Positions 8,190 through 16,779 of a DNA stretch of 64,000 nt are shown here, piece after piece; within the stretch, counting starts at the first letter, position 1, and the number at the start of each line of letters is the position of its first letter. A model generated the notes under the pieces. It did not search any database. It was not told the DNA's origin and worked only from the letters and a program-made list of their open reading frames with translations. The DNA comes from a virus: positions 1 through 64,000 of IMG/VR virus record IMGVR_UViG_3300034095_001343; one strand, written 5' to 3'. The position numbers and the translations under genes were made by a program.

Positions 8190-8768
8190 ATGTTTTATAA
8201 ATATAACAAACAAAAACTATTATTTGAACCTGTTTATAGGGAAATAATAGTATTCGGAAGTATTTGCTTTATTATTGTAGTATCTACACTATTAAGTGGT
8301 ATTGTAGTAGGAAAAAATATTACAAAAGCGCAAATTATTGAGTTAGAAGGTGGTATTCATATAATAAGAGATAATGATCAGGTCTTCTCTAAAAACGATT
8401 TAATAGATATGATTAAAGAGTTAGATGTTAAATACCCTTATATAGTATTAGCACAATCTATTCTTGAAACCGGTCATTGGACATCTATAGTGTTTAAAGA
8501 GAATCATAATTTATTTGGAATGAAAATGGCCAATAAAAGAATTAAAACTGCTAAAGGAACACAACTTAATCATGCTTATTATAATAACTGGCAAGAAAGT
8601 GTCTATGATTATGCTTTTTATCAATGCAGATATTTAAGCAAAATTAATTCTGAACAAGAATATTATGATGCGTTAGATGCAACTTATGCAGAAGCATTTA
8701 AGTATTCTGAGAAGTTAAAAGAAATTATTAAAAATGAAAAATTAAAAGAAATTTTTTATCATGAATAA
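8190..8768 (+). CDS. GH73 glucosaminidase-family peptidoglycan hydrolase with N-terminal TM segment
   Basis: LAQSILETG...NLFGMK...YA motifs. Confidence 0.8.
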   Translation: MFYKYNKQKLLFEPVYREIIVFGSICFIIVVSTLLSGIVVGKNITKAQIIELEGGIHIIRDNDQVFSKNDLIDMIKELDVKYPYIVLAQSILETGHWTSIVFKENHNLFGMKMANKRIKTAKGTQLNHAYYNNWQESVYDYAFYQCRYLSKINSEQEYYDALDATYAEAFKYSEKLKEIIKNEKLKEIFYHE

Positions 8769-9849
8769 CAAAGACTCTATTCAAGAACAAGCCTTAAAAG
8801 AGATAGAAAAACACGAAAGATGCGGTGTAGGTATTTCAATGGGTGTTGGTAAGACAAGAATTGCCATAAAACATTTAATAAAAAACTTTCATCCTTTTGT
8901 AAAAGCTTTAGTTGTAATACCTAAATTATCTATTAAGGATTCTTGGGATGATGAACTAAAAAAAATGAATCTAGAAAAATTAAGCAGTCATATAGTATTT
9001 ACAACATATCTTTCTATAAACAAGCAGGATCCAACTGATTATGATATTGTCTATTTAGATGAATGTCATAGTCTTTTGGATACTCATGAAATGTTTTTAA
9101 AAAAGTTTAAAGGAAAAATTGTTGGTTTAACCGGTACACCACCCATTAGAAAGGAAAGTGAAAAATATAGGATGGTTTATAAATATTGTCCTATGGTATT
9201 TAATTTTTCTGTAGATCAAGCCACTGATCAAAAAATTCTAAATAATTATAAAATCTTTATTCATAAAATTGAACTAAGTAAATTACAAACATTAAAGAAG
9301 AAAAAGAAAAATGGTGGAGTGTGGTATACTTCTGAAAGAAATGATTATGAATATTTAACAAGACAATTAGCAGAAGCCACTACACCAAAACAAATGCAGT
9401 TTTTTTCTATTTTAAGAATGAGAGCAATGATGGATTATAACACTAAAGAAATGTATGTTAAAAGCATTTTAAAACAAGTAAATGATAAGTGTATTATATT
9501 TGCTAATACTCAAGAACAAGCTGATAGAATTTGTAAATATAGTTTTCATTCTAATAATATTAAGTCTGATGAGAATTTGCAATTATTTAAAGATTCTAGA
9601 ATACAAAAATTATCATGTGTTATGCAATTAAATGAAGGTGTCACTATTCCCAATTTAAAAGTTGGAATTATTATGCATTCATATGGTAATGAACGTAAAA
9701 GCAATCAGAGGATAGGTAGACTCCTCAGACTTAATCCTACTGAAACTGCATATATACACATTCTTTGCTATAAAGATACCATTGATGAAAAATGGATAAA
9801 CAATGCACTGGAAGGATTAGATCAAAGTAAAATTATAAATGTAAATTAA
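8761..9849 (+). CDS. Superfamily 2 DNA helicase
   Basis: MGVGKT, DECH, LTGTP, QRIGRLLR. Confidence 0.9.
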   Translation: MNNKDSIQEQALKEIEKHERCGVGISMGVGKTRIAIKHLIKNFHPFVKALVVIPKLSIKDSWDDELKKMNLEKLSSHIVFTTYLSINKQDPTDYDIVYLDECHSLLDTHEMFLKKFKGKIVGLTGTPPIRKESEKYRMVYKYCPMVFNFSVDQATDQKILNNYKIFIHKIELSKLQTLKKKKKNGGVWYTSERNDYEYLTRQLAEATTPKQMQFFSILRMRAMMDYNTKEMYVKSILKQVNDKCIIFANTQEQADRICKYSFHSNNIKSDENLQLFKDSRIQKLSCVMQLNEGVTIPNLKVGIIMHSYGNERKSNQRIGRLLRLNPTETAYIHILCYKDTIDEKWINNALEGLDQSKIINVN

Positions 9850-9853
9850 GATT

Positions 9854-10105
9854 ATGAACAAATTAAAACTATCAGCATCCAAAGAGATTTGGGATGAAAC
9901 CAACCCACTTCCATGCGTAAGAATAGCGTTTTTATCAGACTTCACGGATGGCAATTTATTGATTGATTGGGAGAAGTGGATTGACTATTGTCAAACATAT
10001 TATAAAGAAGAATGGGTACAAAAGCCAAATACGGTAATAGATTATGAAGGCACTTTGGAAGGTGCGAACAAATGGATATTACTTAATTTTATAAATTGGC
10101 TATGA
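9854..10105 (+). CDS. Hypothetical protein (first ORF of the attC-like array)
   Basis: ORF followed by GCACCTAAC site. Confidence 0.6.
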   Translation: MNKLKLSASKEIWDETNPLPCVRIAFLSDFTDGNLLIDWEKWIDYCQTYYKEEWVQKPNTVIDYEGTLEGANKWILLNFINWL

Positions 10106-10145
10106 TATGAATAGGAAACTGTTGCCTGATGTGAGCGGTAATTTT

Positions 10146-10204
10146 GCACCTAACGTTTTGCAGCTTGATAGGGCTATTACGCAAAACCCTTGTTATGTGC
10201 CGTT
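10146..10204 (+). repeat. attC-like site 1 (short, possibly hybrid)
   Basis: GCACCTAAC-GTTTTGC...GCAAAAC-CCTT-GTTATGTGC. Confidence 0.6.
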
Positions 10205-10216
10205 AAATTTAGAAAT

Positions 10217-10429
10217 ATGATAGGAGTACAAATAAAAAATGGCTTTATTGATTTTGCCAAAACAGACTTTGAATGTCCAATTTGTAAAAAGCAATACAAT
10301 GATAGGGATGATAAATACCTTGAACGATGCCAAAGAAACAAGCAAGGAATAACCAAAATAAAATGCGAATGTGGTAAGCCGTTTTTTATGACTTACAATT
10401 ATATGGGTGATGCTGTGTCGTTTGTATAA
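10217..10429 (+). CDS. Zn-ribbon hypothetical protein (cassette ORF)
   Basis: CPIC...CECG; bracketed by GTTATGTGCCGTT/AATGGCACATAAC. Confidence 0.65.
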   Translation: MIGVQIKNGFIDFAKTDFECPICKKQYNDRDDKYLERCQRNKQGITKIKCECGKPFFMTYNYMGDAVSFV

Positions 10430-10533
10430 TGGCACATAACGGTTGAGGCTAAGAGCAGTTGCCTTAAATACTGCTTAAAATTTGCACTATGCTTAATGGC
10501 AATTGCTTTTAGCCTTTGTTATCGGTTCGGTGC
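10428..10533 (+). repeat. attC-like site 2
   Basis: GCACATAAC-GGTTG-18 bp stem (AGGCTAAGAGCAGTTGCC/GGCAATTGCTTTTAGCCT)-TT-GTTATCGGT. Confidence 0.7.
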
Positions 10534-10549
10534 GGTAATTGAAACGAAA

Positions 10550-10681
10550 ATGACAGATAAAGAAATTTTAGAAATCGACTTTTATGACTTATGCGGATGC
10601 GCTGCATTATGGATGACTGATGAAGATAAGATTAAGTATTACAGGGAATGTATGAACGCAGCTTCAAGCACTGACCGATAA
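10550..10681 (+). CDS. Small hypothetical protein (cassette ORF, 43 aa)
   Basis: MTDKEILE...; stop codon overlaps ACCGATAAC. Confidence 0.5.
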   Translation: MTDKEILEIDFYDLCGCAALWMTDEDKIKYYRECMNAASSTDR

Positions 10682-10762
10682 CATAGATATTGGCGAACAT
10701 TTTACACGCATAACTGTGTCCAAGTAAAATTAGAAAAAAGAAATTATTAAACCCACATTAAA

Positions 10763-10969
10763 ATGAGTAAAACAAAACAATTATTTATGGAAATTAGAGA
10801 AAAAGAAGGAGATCAACATATGTTGGAAAATTCTTCTGTATTTAATTCAAACATATTATGTCCTAACTGTATGAAAAGGAATCTCCTGGAATACAGTCAT
10901 ATTGATCTATACTGTGAAGGATGTGGTCAAGAATTTATTAAAGTTGGAAAAGCAGTGAGATTTAAATAA
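10763..10969 (+). CDS. Zn-ribbon protein
   Basis: CPNC...CEGC. Confidence 0.65.
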   Translation: MSKTKQLFMEIREKEGDQHMLENSSVFNSNILCPNCMKRNLLEYSHIDLYCEGCGQEFIKVGKAVRFK

Positions 10970-10982
10970 ATTAAATCAAAAA

Positions 10983-11405
10983 TTATAATCTTGTTTTTAT
11001 ATTAGGTACTATAATAATTTGTACATCAAAAGTACGGGCATGCATAACATAATTTCCCCATACTTCAATATTTGCAATTTTTGTTTTTGCTATATAACCA
11101 AGACTTGTAGGAATTTGATAACCAATTGTTTTATCATAACTTCTTAACCAGAATGGTGAGATAAAGAATCCCTTATATTCAATAATATTTTGCCAATAAA
11201 AATTATTCCAAGCCGTGTTTAACGGATGATATATTAAACCAACTCTTGGACCAAAATTAAAATCTCCTTCTGTATAGATCTGTTGATAACTTATTTGAAT
11301 AGCAGCACCTTTATTATTTACAGTAAGTGCTGGCAAAAGTCTCTCTTCTTGTGCTTGAGATAATACAAAAGTAAAAACGAGCATTATAGTTAAGTAAATC
11401 TTCAT
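10983..11405 (-). CDS. Secreted or outer-membrane beta-rich protein
   Basis: Signal peptide; amphipathic beta strands; own promoter at 11412-11440 (-). Confidence 0.6.
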   Translation of the reverse strand: MKIYLTIMLVFTFVLSQAQEERLLPALTVNNKGAAIQISYQQIYTEGDFNFGPRVGLIYHPLNTAWNNFYWQNIIEYKGFFISPFWLRSYDKTIGYQIPTSLGYIAKTKIANIEVWGNYVMHARTFDVQIIIVPNIKTRL

Positions 11406-11524
11406 AATTATAATTTAGATATAAATTTTGAATAATGCAAGATTTAAAGATTAATTTTACATTAAATCTGTTATTTAACAATTTTTTAATAAAAATAATT
11501 AGTAATTAAAAAAAATAATTAAAT

Positions 11525-11863
11525 ATGATAAAATTAAATAAATCAGTTAATTCAATTAAAGTAATAAAAAGAAAAATAAATAACTTTCTTTACCCAATTG
11601 AAAATGACTTTAATATTGAATATATAAAAAAGAAAACGGCAGAAGAATGTTGTGAGCTTGCAACTGCTTTGATGCAAAATGTAAATAAAAAAAAAGCATT
11701 TAATGATCAGCAAATTGAAAATGAAATAGCTGATGTTTTAATGTGGATAAATGAATTAGCAAAATATTATGATTCAGATTATATTGGTGCTAGAATAGAG
11801 AAGAAAAAAAATAATTATTTTAAAGATGAAAAAGTACATCATAATTATCTCAGATCCTGGTGA
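11525..11863 (+). CDS. MazG-like NTP pyrophosphohydrolase
   Basis: EECCELA...IENEIADV (ExxE...ExxD). Confidence 0.7.
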   Translation: MIKLNKSVNSIKVIKRKINNFLYPIENDFNIEYIKKKTAEECCELATALMQNVNKKKAFNDQQIENEIADVLMWINELAKYYDSDYIGARIEKKKNNYFKDEKVHHNYLRSW

Positions 11864-11896
11864 TGAACAAGCTGGAAGCCATATTTTATTGGAAAT

Positions 11897-12280
11897 ATGA
11901 AAGATAATCTTTTTATGAAGCTTACTGTCAAAGATGGTGAGCTTTATTTTCCGTTAAAAGCTAATGAAACAAGGTTTAAAAACTTTCTAAAATCTATTCC
12001 TGATGGTGCTCATTTAGAATTATTTATTGGAGTTACTACAGATAAAGGTAGCAATGCACAACTTGCAAGAATACACGCCATGTGCAGAGAAATAGCTAAT
12101 GAACTTGGTTATACATTTGAAGAAATTAAACTTATGGTAAAAAGAAAGTCAGGTTTATGTTTTACAAGAAATAAAACAGAGTATTGTAAATCTTTTGCAG
12201 ACTGTGATAAATTAGAACTAAATCTTGCAATTCAAGCTTGTATTGAAATAGGAGATTTTAGTGAATTAAATTTGAGATAA
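11897..12280 (+). CDS. NinB-like recombination protein (tentative)
   Basis: S.AQLARIHAMCREIANELGYTFEEIK. Confidence 0.5.
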   Translation: MKDNLFMKLTVKDGELYFPLKANETRFKNFLKSIPDGAHLELFIGVTTDKGSNAQLARIHAMCREIANELGYTFEEIKLMVKRKSGLCFTRNKTEYCKSFADCDKLELNLAIQACIEIGDFSELNLR

Positions 12281-12685
12281 TAAATCATTTTTTGCTTCTT
12301 CATAAAGTTTTGTTACTTTACTTGAATCATTATTCATATATGCTTGAAGTATATCTTTAATTTTTGATTCATCAAAGGTAGTTGAAGATTTTTTAACTAA
12401 ATTTTGTTCAAAAGCAGCAGCCCTTAGTAATTGTTGTAATGCAAATAAAGTATACATATGAACTTCAAGTTCTTCAAGTTTAATTTCTTCGGGATTACTA
12501 CTGGTAAGAAGTTGTTCAAATTTATTAAACATTGTAGGAACAACAGATTTATCAGTAAAATGCTCTGTTAAAAAAAATAAAATAATTCTTTCTAGACCTA
12601 AAATAAAACCTGTATTAATTTCAAGACCTGTAACATTTTTTGTAAGGTCATATATTTCAATAGGTTGGATGTTTTTATCTGACAT
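12266..12685 (-). CDS. Hypothetical protein
   Basis: ORF; likely start MSDKNIQ at 12685. Confidence 0.6.
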   Translation of the reverse strand: MSDKNIQPIEIYDLTKNVTGLEINTGFILGLERIILFFLTEHFTDKSVVPTMFNKFEQLLTSSNPEEIKLEELEVHMYTLFALQQLLRAAAFEQNLVKKSSTTFDESKIKDILQAYMNNDSSKVTKLYEEAKNDLLSQI

Positions 12686-12706
12686 AAAATAAATTTTAAC
12701 AAAAAT

Positions 12707-13405
12707 ATGGAAAAAATAATAGAAATTCCAATCATCAAGCAAAAACTTTCTGAAATCATGATTAATCATAATTGGAAAGCTTTAGATTTTTTTCTTAATC
12801 AATTAGAATTTCAAATCTTAATAGAAAAATTAATTCAAGAACATACACTTGGCTATAAGTTTACTCCTAAACTAACTGAATGTTTTAATGGTATTTTAAC
12901 TTGTCCATCAAATGATGTTAAAGTATTAATTATTGGACAAGATCCATACCCTCAAAAAGATGTTGCTGATGGTATTGCTTTTAGTTGTAGTAAAACAATG
13001 AAAGAACAACCTTCATTAAAACATATTTTTAACGAAGTACAGAAATTATACCCTGAAGGATATAATAGAGACCCAAACTTAGAAAAATGGACCCGACAAG
13101 GTATAATTATGTTTAATACTGCACTTACATGTAGAGTTGGAGACATTGGTTCACATTATCACATTTGGAAAGGCTTTACAGCTTTTTTTCTTGAATACTT
13201 AAATAGATCTAATAAAGATTGCATAACCGTTCTTCTTGGTAAAAAAGCTGAAGAATGGTCTAAATATGTTAATAATCATGATGTTATAAAAGTAAGTCAT
13301 CCGGCATCTGCTGCTTATACAGGAGGTAACTGGGACAGCAATAATTTATTTGAAACTATCAACAAAAAGCTTCAAAAACTTGGCAAAAAGCCTATTATTT
13401 GGTAA
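12707..13405 (+). CDS. ung: Uracil-DNA glycosylase (family 1)
   Basis: GQDPY, ADGIAFS, PSL, SHPAS. Confidence 0.93.
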   Translation: MEKIIEIPIIKQKLSEIMINHNWKALDFFLNQLEFQILIEKLIQEHTLGYKFTPKLTECFNGILTCPSNDVKVLIIGQDPYPQKDVADGIAFSCSKTMKEQPSLKHIFNEVQKLYPEGYNRDPNLEKWTRQGIIMFNTALTCRVGDIGSHYHIWKGFTAFFLEYLNRSNKDCITVLLGKKAEEWSKYVNNHDVIKVSHPASAAYTGGNWDSNNLFETINKKLQKLGKKPIIW

Positions 13406-13410
13406 ATTTG
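13380..13410 (+). promoter_or_regulatory. Bacteroidota-type promoter
   Basis: TTG-N20-TAAATTTG. Confidence 0.55.
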
Positions 13411-13420
13411 ATAAAAAACT

Positions 13421-13861
13421 ATGAGTATAAAAATCAATTATTTGTATAAAGAAATACAAAAATTTAAAGATAAACTATATGAGAACTACAAAATTAAAGT
13501 TCATATATTTTTTGATGAGACAGAGTTAGTACGTCTTACACTAGAAGATCTTGAATCTATTCTAATTTTAAAGTTAAAAAAAAATTACCCTGATTTTAAA
13601 AAAATAACATACTTCAGAAATACTAAATCCAGAAAATATCATTTGGTATTATATTCACAATTATTTTCATATATAGCTAATAAAAAGTATAACTATTCAA
13701 AATCAGAAATTGCTAGATATATGTCAAAAGATCATAGTACAGTAATTCATAGTATTAAAAGTATCAATAATTACTTTGATACAGATCATAAACTTGTAAA
13801 AGAATTATATAATGAAATAAATGAATATGTGGGAATTATTACAAAAAATACTAGAATATAA
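13421..13861 (+). CDS. Protein with DnaA C-terminal (domain IV) HTH
   Basis: SKSEIARYMSKDHSTVIHSIK. Confidence 0.75.
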   Translation: MSIKINYLYKEIQKFKDKLYENYKIKVHIFFDETELVRLTLEDLESILILKLKKNYPDFKKITYFRNTKSRKYHLVLYSQLFSYIANKKYNYSKSEIARYMSKDHSTVIHSIKSINNYFDTDHKLVKELYNEINEYVGIITKNTRI

Positions 13862-14435
13862 AATATCACCTAATGCTTGTTTATTTTTATTTTCAATTAA
13901 AGAAAATGTTCAATGTCCTTTTATTAAACAAGAAGATTGTATTAATGAATTAATTGATGCTGAATTTATTACTTATAATATTGAAGATCAAAGAAAAGTA
14001 ATAGAAATTACAGGTGAAGGAATGTTTTTTATTAGTTTATTGGATAATTATTTTGTTAAAGCAAAAAAAAGGACAAATATTCAGCTAATGGGAAAAGAAT
14101 TTGTAGAAAACATTGAAACATACAGAGATAGTTTTCCAAAAGGTAAGTTACCAAGTGGTATGCCAGCCCGGAATAATACTAAAGCTTTAGGAGAATCATT
14201 CAGATGGTTCTTTGAAACTTTTGATTATAACTGGAATGAAGTACACAAAGCAACTAAGATGTATATCAATGAATACAAAGACAATAATTATCTTTATATG
14301 CAAACAAGTCAATACTTTATTGCAAAACAAGATAAGCATAAAGTTAAAAAATCAACTTTAGCTGATTATTGTGATATGGTTAGAGATGGTGTTACTATGG
14401 AAGAACCTAAATTTTTTAAAGATAAAGTAGTATGA
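13821..14435 (+). CDS. Hypothetical replication-associated protein
   Basis: Directly upstream of DnaB; ORF track. Confidence 0.6.
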   Translation: MNMWELLQKILEYKISPNACLFLFSIKENVQCPFIKQEDCINELIDAEFITYNIEDQRKVIEITGEGMFFISLLDNYFVKAKKRTNIQLMGKEFVENIETYRDSFPKGKLPSGMPARNNTKALGESFRWFFETFDYNWNEVHKATKMYINEYKDNNYLYMQTSQYFIAKQDKHKVKKSTLADYCDMVRDGVTMEEPKFFKDKVV

Positions 14436-15388
14436 GTATATCAGAAAAATTATGGGGTGGTCAACATGCTGCATTTAATGAAGCCTTAAAGTACATGAAA
14501 AATAGGCAGGCTGGTTTAGAAAAATCTATATATACACCTTGGCCTAAGTTTAATGATGCTACCGTTGATGGTTTAGAATGGAATAGTCTTACCGTTATTG
14601 CAGCAAGACCTGGTTCTGGTAAAACGCTTATTAAAGATCAAATTATTAGAGAATCCTTTGTACTTAATCCTTATGATGACTTCAGAGTTTTAGAATTTCA
14701 ATTTGAAATGGTTGGTAGAAATTCAGCTATTCGTGAATTTACTTCTATAACAGGCAAGCCTTATAAAGAATTAACCAGTGCAAATGGTTCTAAACTATCA
14801 AATAACACTCTTAATCAATGTTATGAATATGCAAAACTTAGAGTAAAATATCCTGTAGATGTCATTAGTACACCATTAACTGTAAATCAAATGAGAGAAC
14901 AAATTGATATGTATATGGAAACTCATAAAGGAAAAAAAACTATTATAACTCTTGATCATACATTACTTGTAAAAAGAGCTCCTTATCAAAAAGATAGATT
15001 AGATGTACTTTTTGAACTTGGTGAATTTTTTACGCAATGCAAAAGAGAATATCCATGCTTATTTATTGCTTTATCACAATTAAATAGAAACGTAGAAGAT
15101 CCTGAACGTGCAATAGATGGCAAATATGGAAATTACATTACTGAACAAGATATATTTGGTTCAGATGCAATGCTTCAACATGCTGATACTCTAATAGGTA
15201 TAAATCGTCCAGCTCATAGAAAAATCAGATTTTATGGACCGGATAGATTTATTATTGAAGATGACAGTGTGTTAGTATTTCATTTTCTTAAAGCAAGAAA
15301 TGGTGATACAAGGATGAGTTTTTTTAAAGGTTTATTTAGTCAAATGGAAATTATAGAAATGGAAACACCCTCATGTCAAATCAGATGA
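14432..15388 (+). CDS. dnaB: DnaB-like replicative helicase (C-terminal motor domain)
   Basis: AARPGSGKT, FEM, LSQLNR, SDAMLQHAD, KARNG. Confidence 0.9.
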   Translation: MSISEKLWGGQHAAFNEALKYMKNRQAGLEKSIYTPWPKFNDATVDGLEWNSLTVIAARPGSGKTLIKDQIIRESFVLNPYDDFRVLEFQFEMVGRNSAIREFTSITGKPYKELTSANGSKLSNNTLNQCYEYAKLRVKYPVDVISTPLTVNQMREQIDMYMETHKGKKTIITLDHTLLVKRAPYQKDRLDVLFELGEFFTQCKREYPCLFIALSQLNRNVEDPERAIDGKYGNYITEQDIFGSDAMLQHADTLIGINRPAHRKIRFYGPDRFIIEDDSVLVFHFLKARNGDTRMSFFKGLFSQMEIIEMETPSCQIR

Positions 15389-15915
15389 TAACTACCAAAA
15401 AAAATCAAAAACAAAGTCAAATGACTCCAGAAGAAAGAAAACAAAAAGTAAATTTATTAAAAAAAGAACATGAACCGTATTTTAATACTTTAGAAATACC
15501 TGATGTTTTATTTATTCCTAAAATGGCCTATAGACCATCTGATAAAGATGATCTGCATATTAGTTTCTTTTTAAGTGAACTTCAAAAAGCACAAGATATC
15601 TACACTGAATTTGTAAGTATTGATTATGATTGCGAAGATCCAAAAAGAACTCTATATCTTTTAAAATATAATCCTTATTGGAAAGAAGAGTATGAACTTA
15701 ATACATCTAATTCAGGATTTGAAAGATATTTAGTACCTGTATCTGAATTAAAGATTATAAATGATATTTCTAATAGAAATAATTCAGAAATTAAATCTAT
15801 TTTAAAAATTGAAGAACTACCAGATCCTGATGAAACATTTTCTTATTATGGATTAATTCAAGTTTTAGAAAAGATATCTAATTCATTAGAAAAGATTGAA
15901 CAAAAAATAAAATAA
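15373..15915 (+). CDS. Hypothetical protein
   Basis: ORF track. Confidence 0.65.
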   Translation: MSNQMITTKKNQKQSQMTPEERKQKVNLLKKEHEPYFNTLEIPDVLFIPKMAYRPSDKDDLHISFFLSELQKAQDIYTEFVSIDYDCEDPKRTLYLLKYNPYWKEEYELNTSNSGFERYLVPVSELKIINDISNRNNSEIKSILKIEELPDPDETFSYYGLIQVLEKISNSLEKIEQKIK

Positions 15916-16367
15916 TGATAGATAAAGAATTTGTACCATACGAGCCATCTCTAGCTTTAAAAGAATTAGGATTTGATGAACCTTGTTTAGGGTATTGGAG
16001 AAATGAAGATTTACCAAATACAATAACAATAGGTCGATACACTACTAAAGAAGATATGGAGTATGAAATTAGTGGTCAAGATGAGTGCCATAATTTTAAA
16101 AATATAATTGCTTTAGCACCAACCTACTCACAATGTTTTAGATGGTTTAGAGAGAAGTATGTGCTGTTAGGTTTTATAGAACCTGCAAATGGATATGAAG
16201 ATAAAAGTTTATTTGCATTTTATATTTGTGATGATGAGCAAAATATAATAAATGATGAACATTCATATTCAAAAGATAGCAGTTTACATTTTAAAACCTA
16301 CGAAGAAGCAGAACTTGAATGTCTTAAAAAACTAATTGAAATCTGTAAAACTAAAACCAATGAATAA
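15915..16367 (+). CDS. Hypothetical protein, tandem paralog A
   Basis: KEFVPYEPSLALKELGFDEPC / APTYSQCFRWFREKY / TYEEAELECLKKLIEI. Confidence 0.7.
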   Translation: MIDKEFVPYEPSLALKELGFDEPCLGYWRNEDLPNTITIGRYTTKEDMEYEISGQDECHNFKNIIALAPTYSQCFRWFREKYVLLGFIEPANGYEDKSLFAFYICDDEQNIINDEHSYSKDSSLHFKTYEEAELECLKKLIEICKTKTNE

Positions 16368-16779
16368 AGAATTTATCCCTTATGAACAATCATTAGCTCT
16401 TAAAGAACTTGGGTTTGATGAACCTTGTTTTGCTCTATGGTTTACTGAAAATAAACAACTGGTACAACAAATCTTTAATGATACAAGGCAGTATGATAAA
16501 GGTATGTTTATACAAGCACCAACTTACTCAGCAGCATTTAGATGGTTTAGAGAGAAGTATAATATACATGCAGAAATAACATGGTCTCCTTCTTATGAGT
16601 ATGATCCTGGAGAATGGTCTGATGCTATTTATGAAATAACTTTTGTAGATGTATCATATACTAAAGAATGGAAAGCTGAATCACCCGATATGCAAAGAGG
16701 TAATGGTAAACAGTTAACATTCGAAGAAGCAGAACAAGCATGCTTAGATAAACTAATAGAAATAGTAAAAACAAAATAA
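16360..16779 (+). CDS. Hypothetical protein, tandem paralog B
   Basis: Same three blocks as paralog A; start ATG 16360. Confidence 0.7.
   Translation: MNKEFIPYEQSLALKELGFDEPCFALWFTENKQLVQQIFNDTRQYDKGMFIQAPTYSAAFRWFREKYNIHAEITWSPSYEYDPGEWSDAIYEITFVDVSYTKEWKAESPDMQRGNGKQLTFEEAEQACLDKLIEIVKTK

Noticed and set aside
10190-10549. ORF-track starts at 10190 and 10496
   Set aside because: Both extensions run through the attC-like stems; ATGs at 10217 and 10550 fit the cassette boundaries
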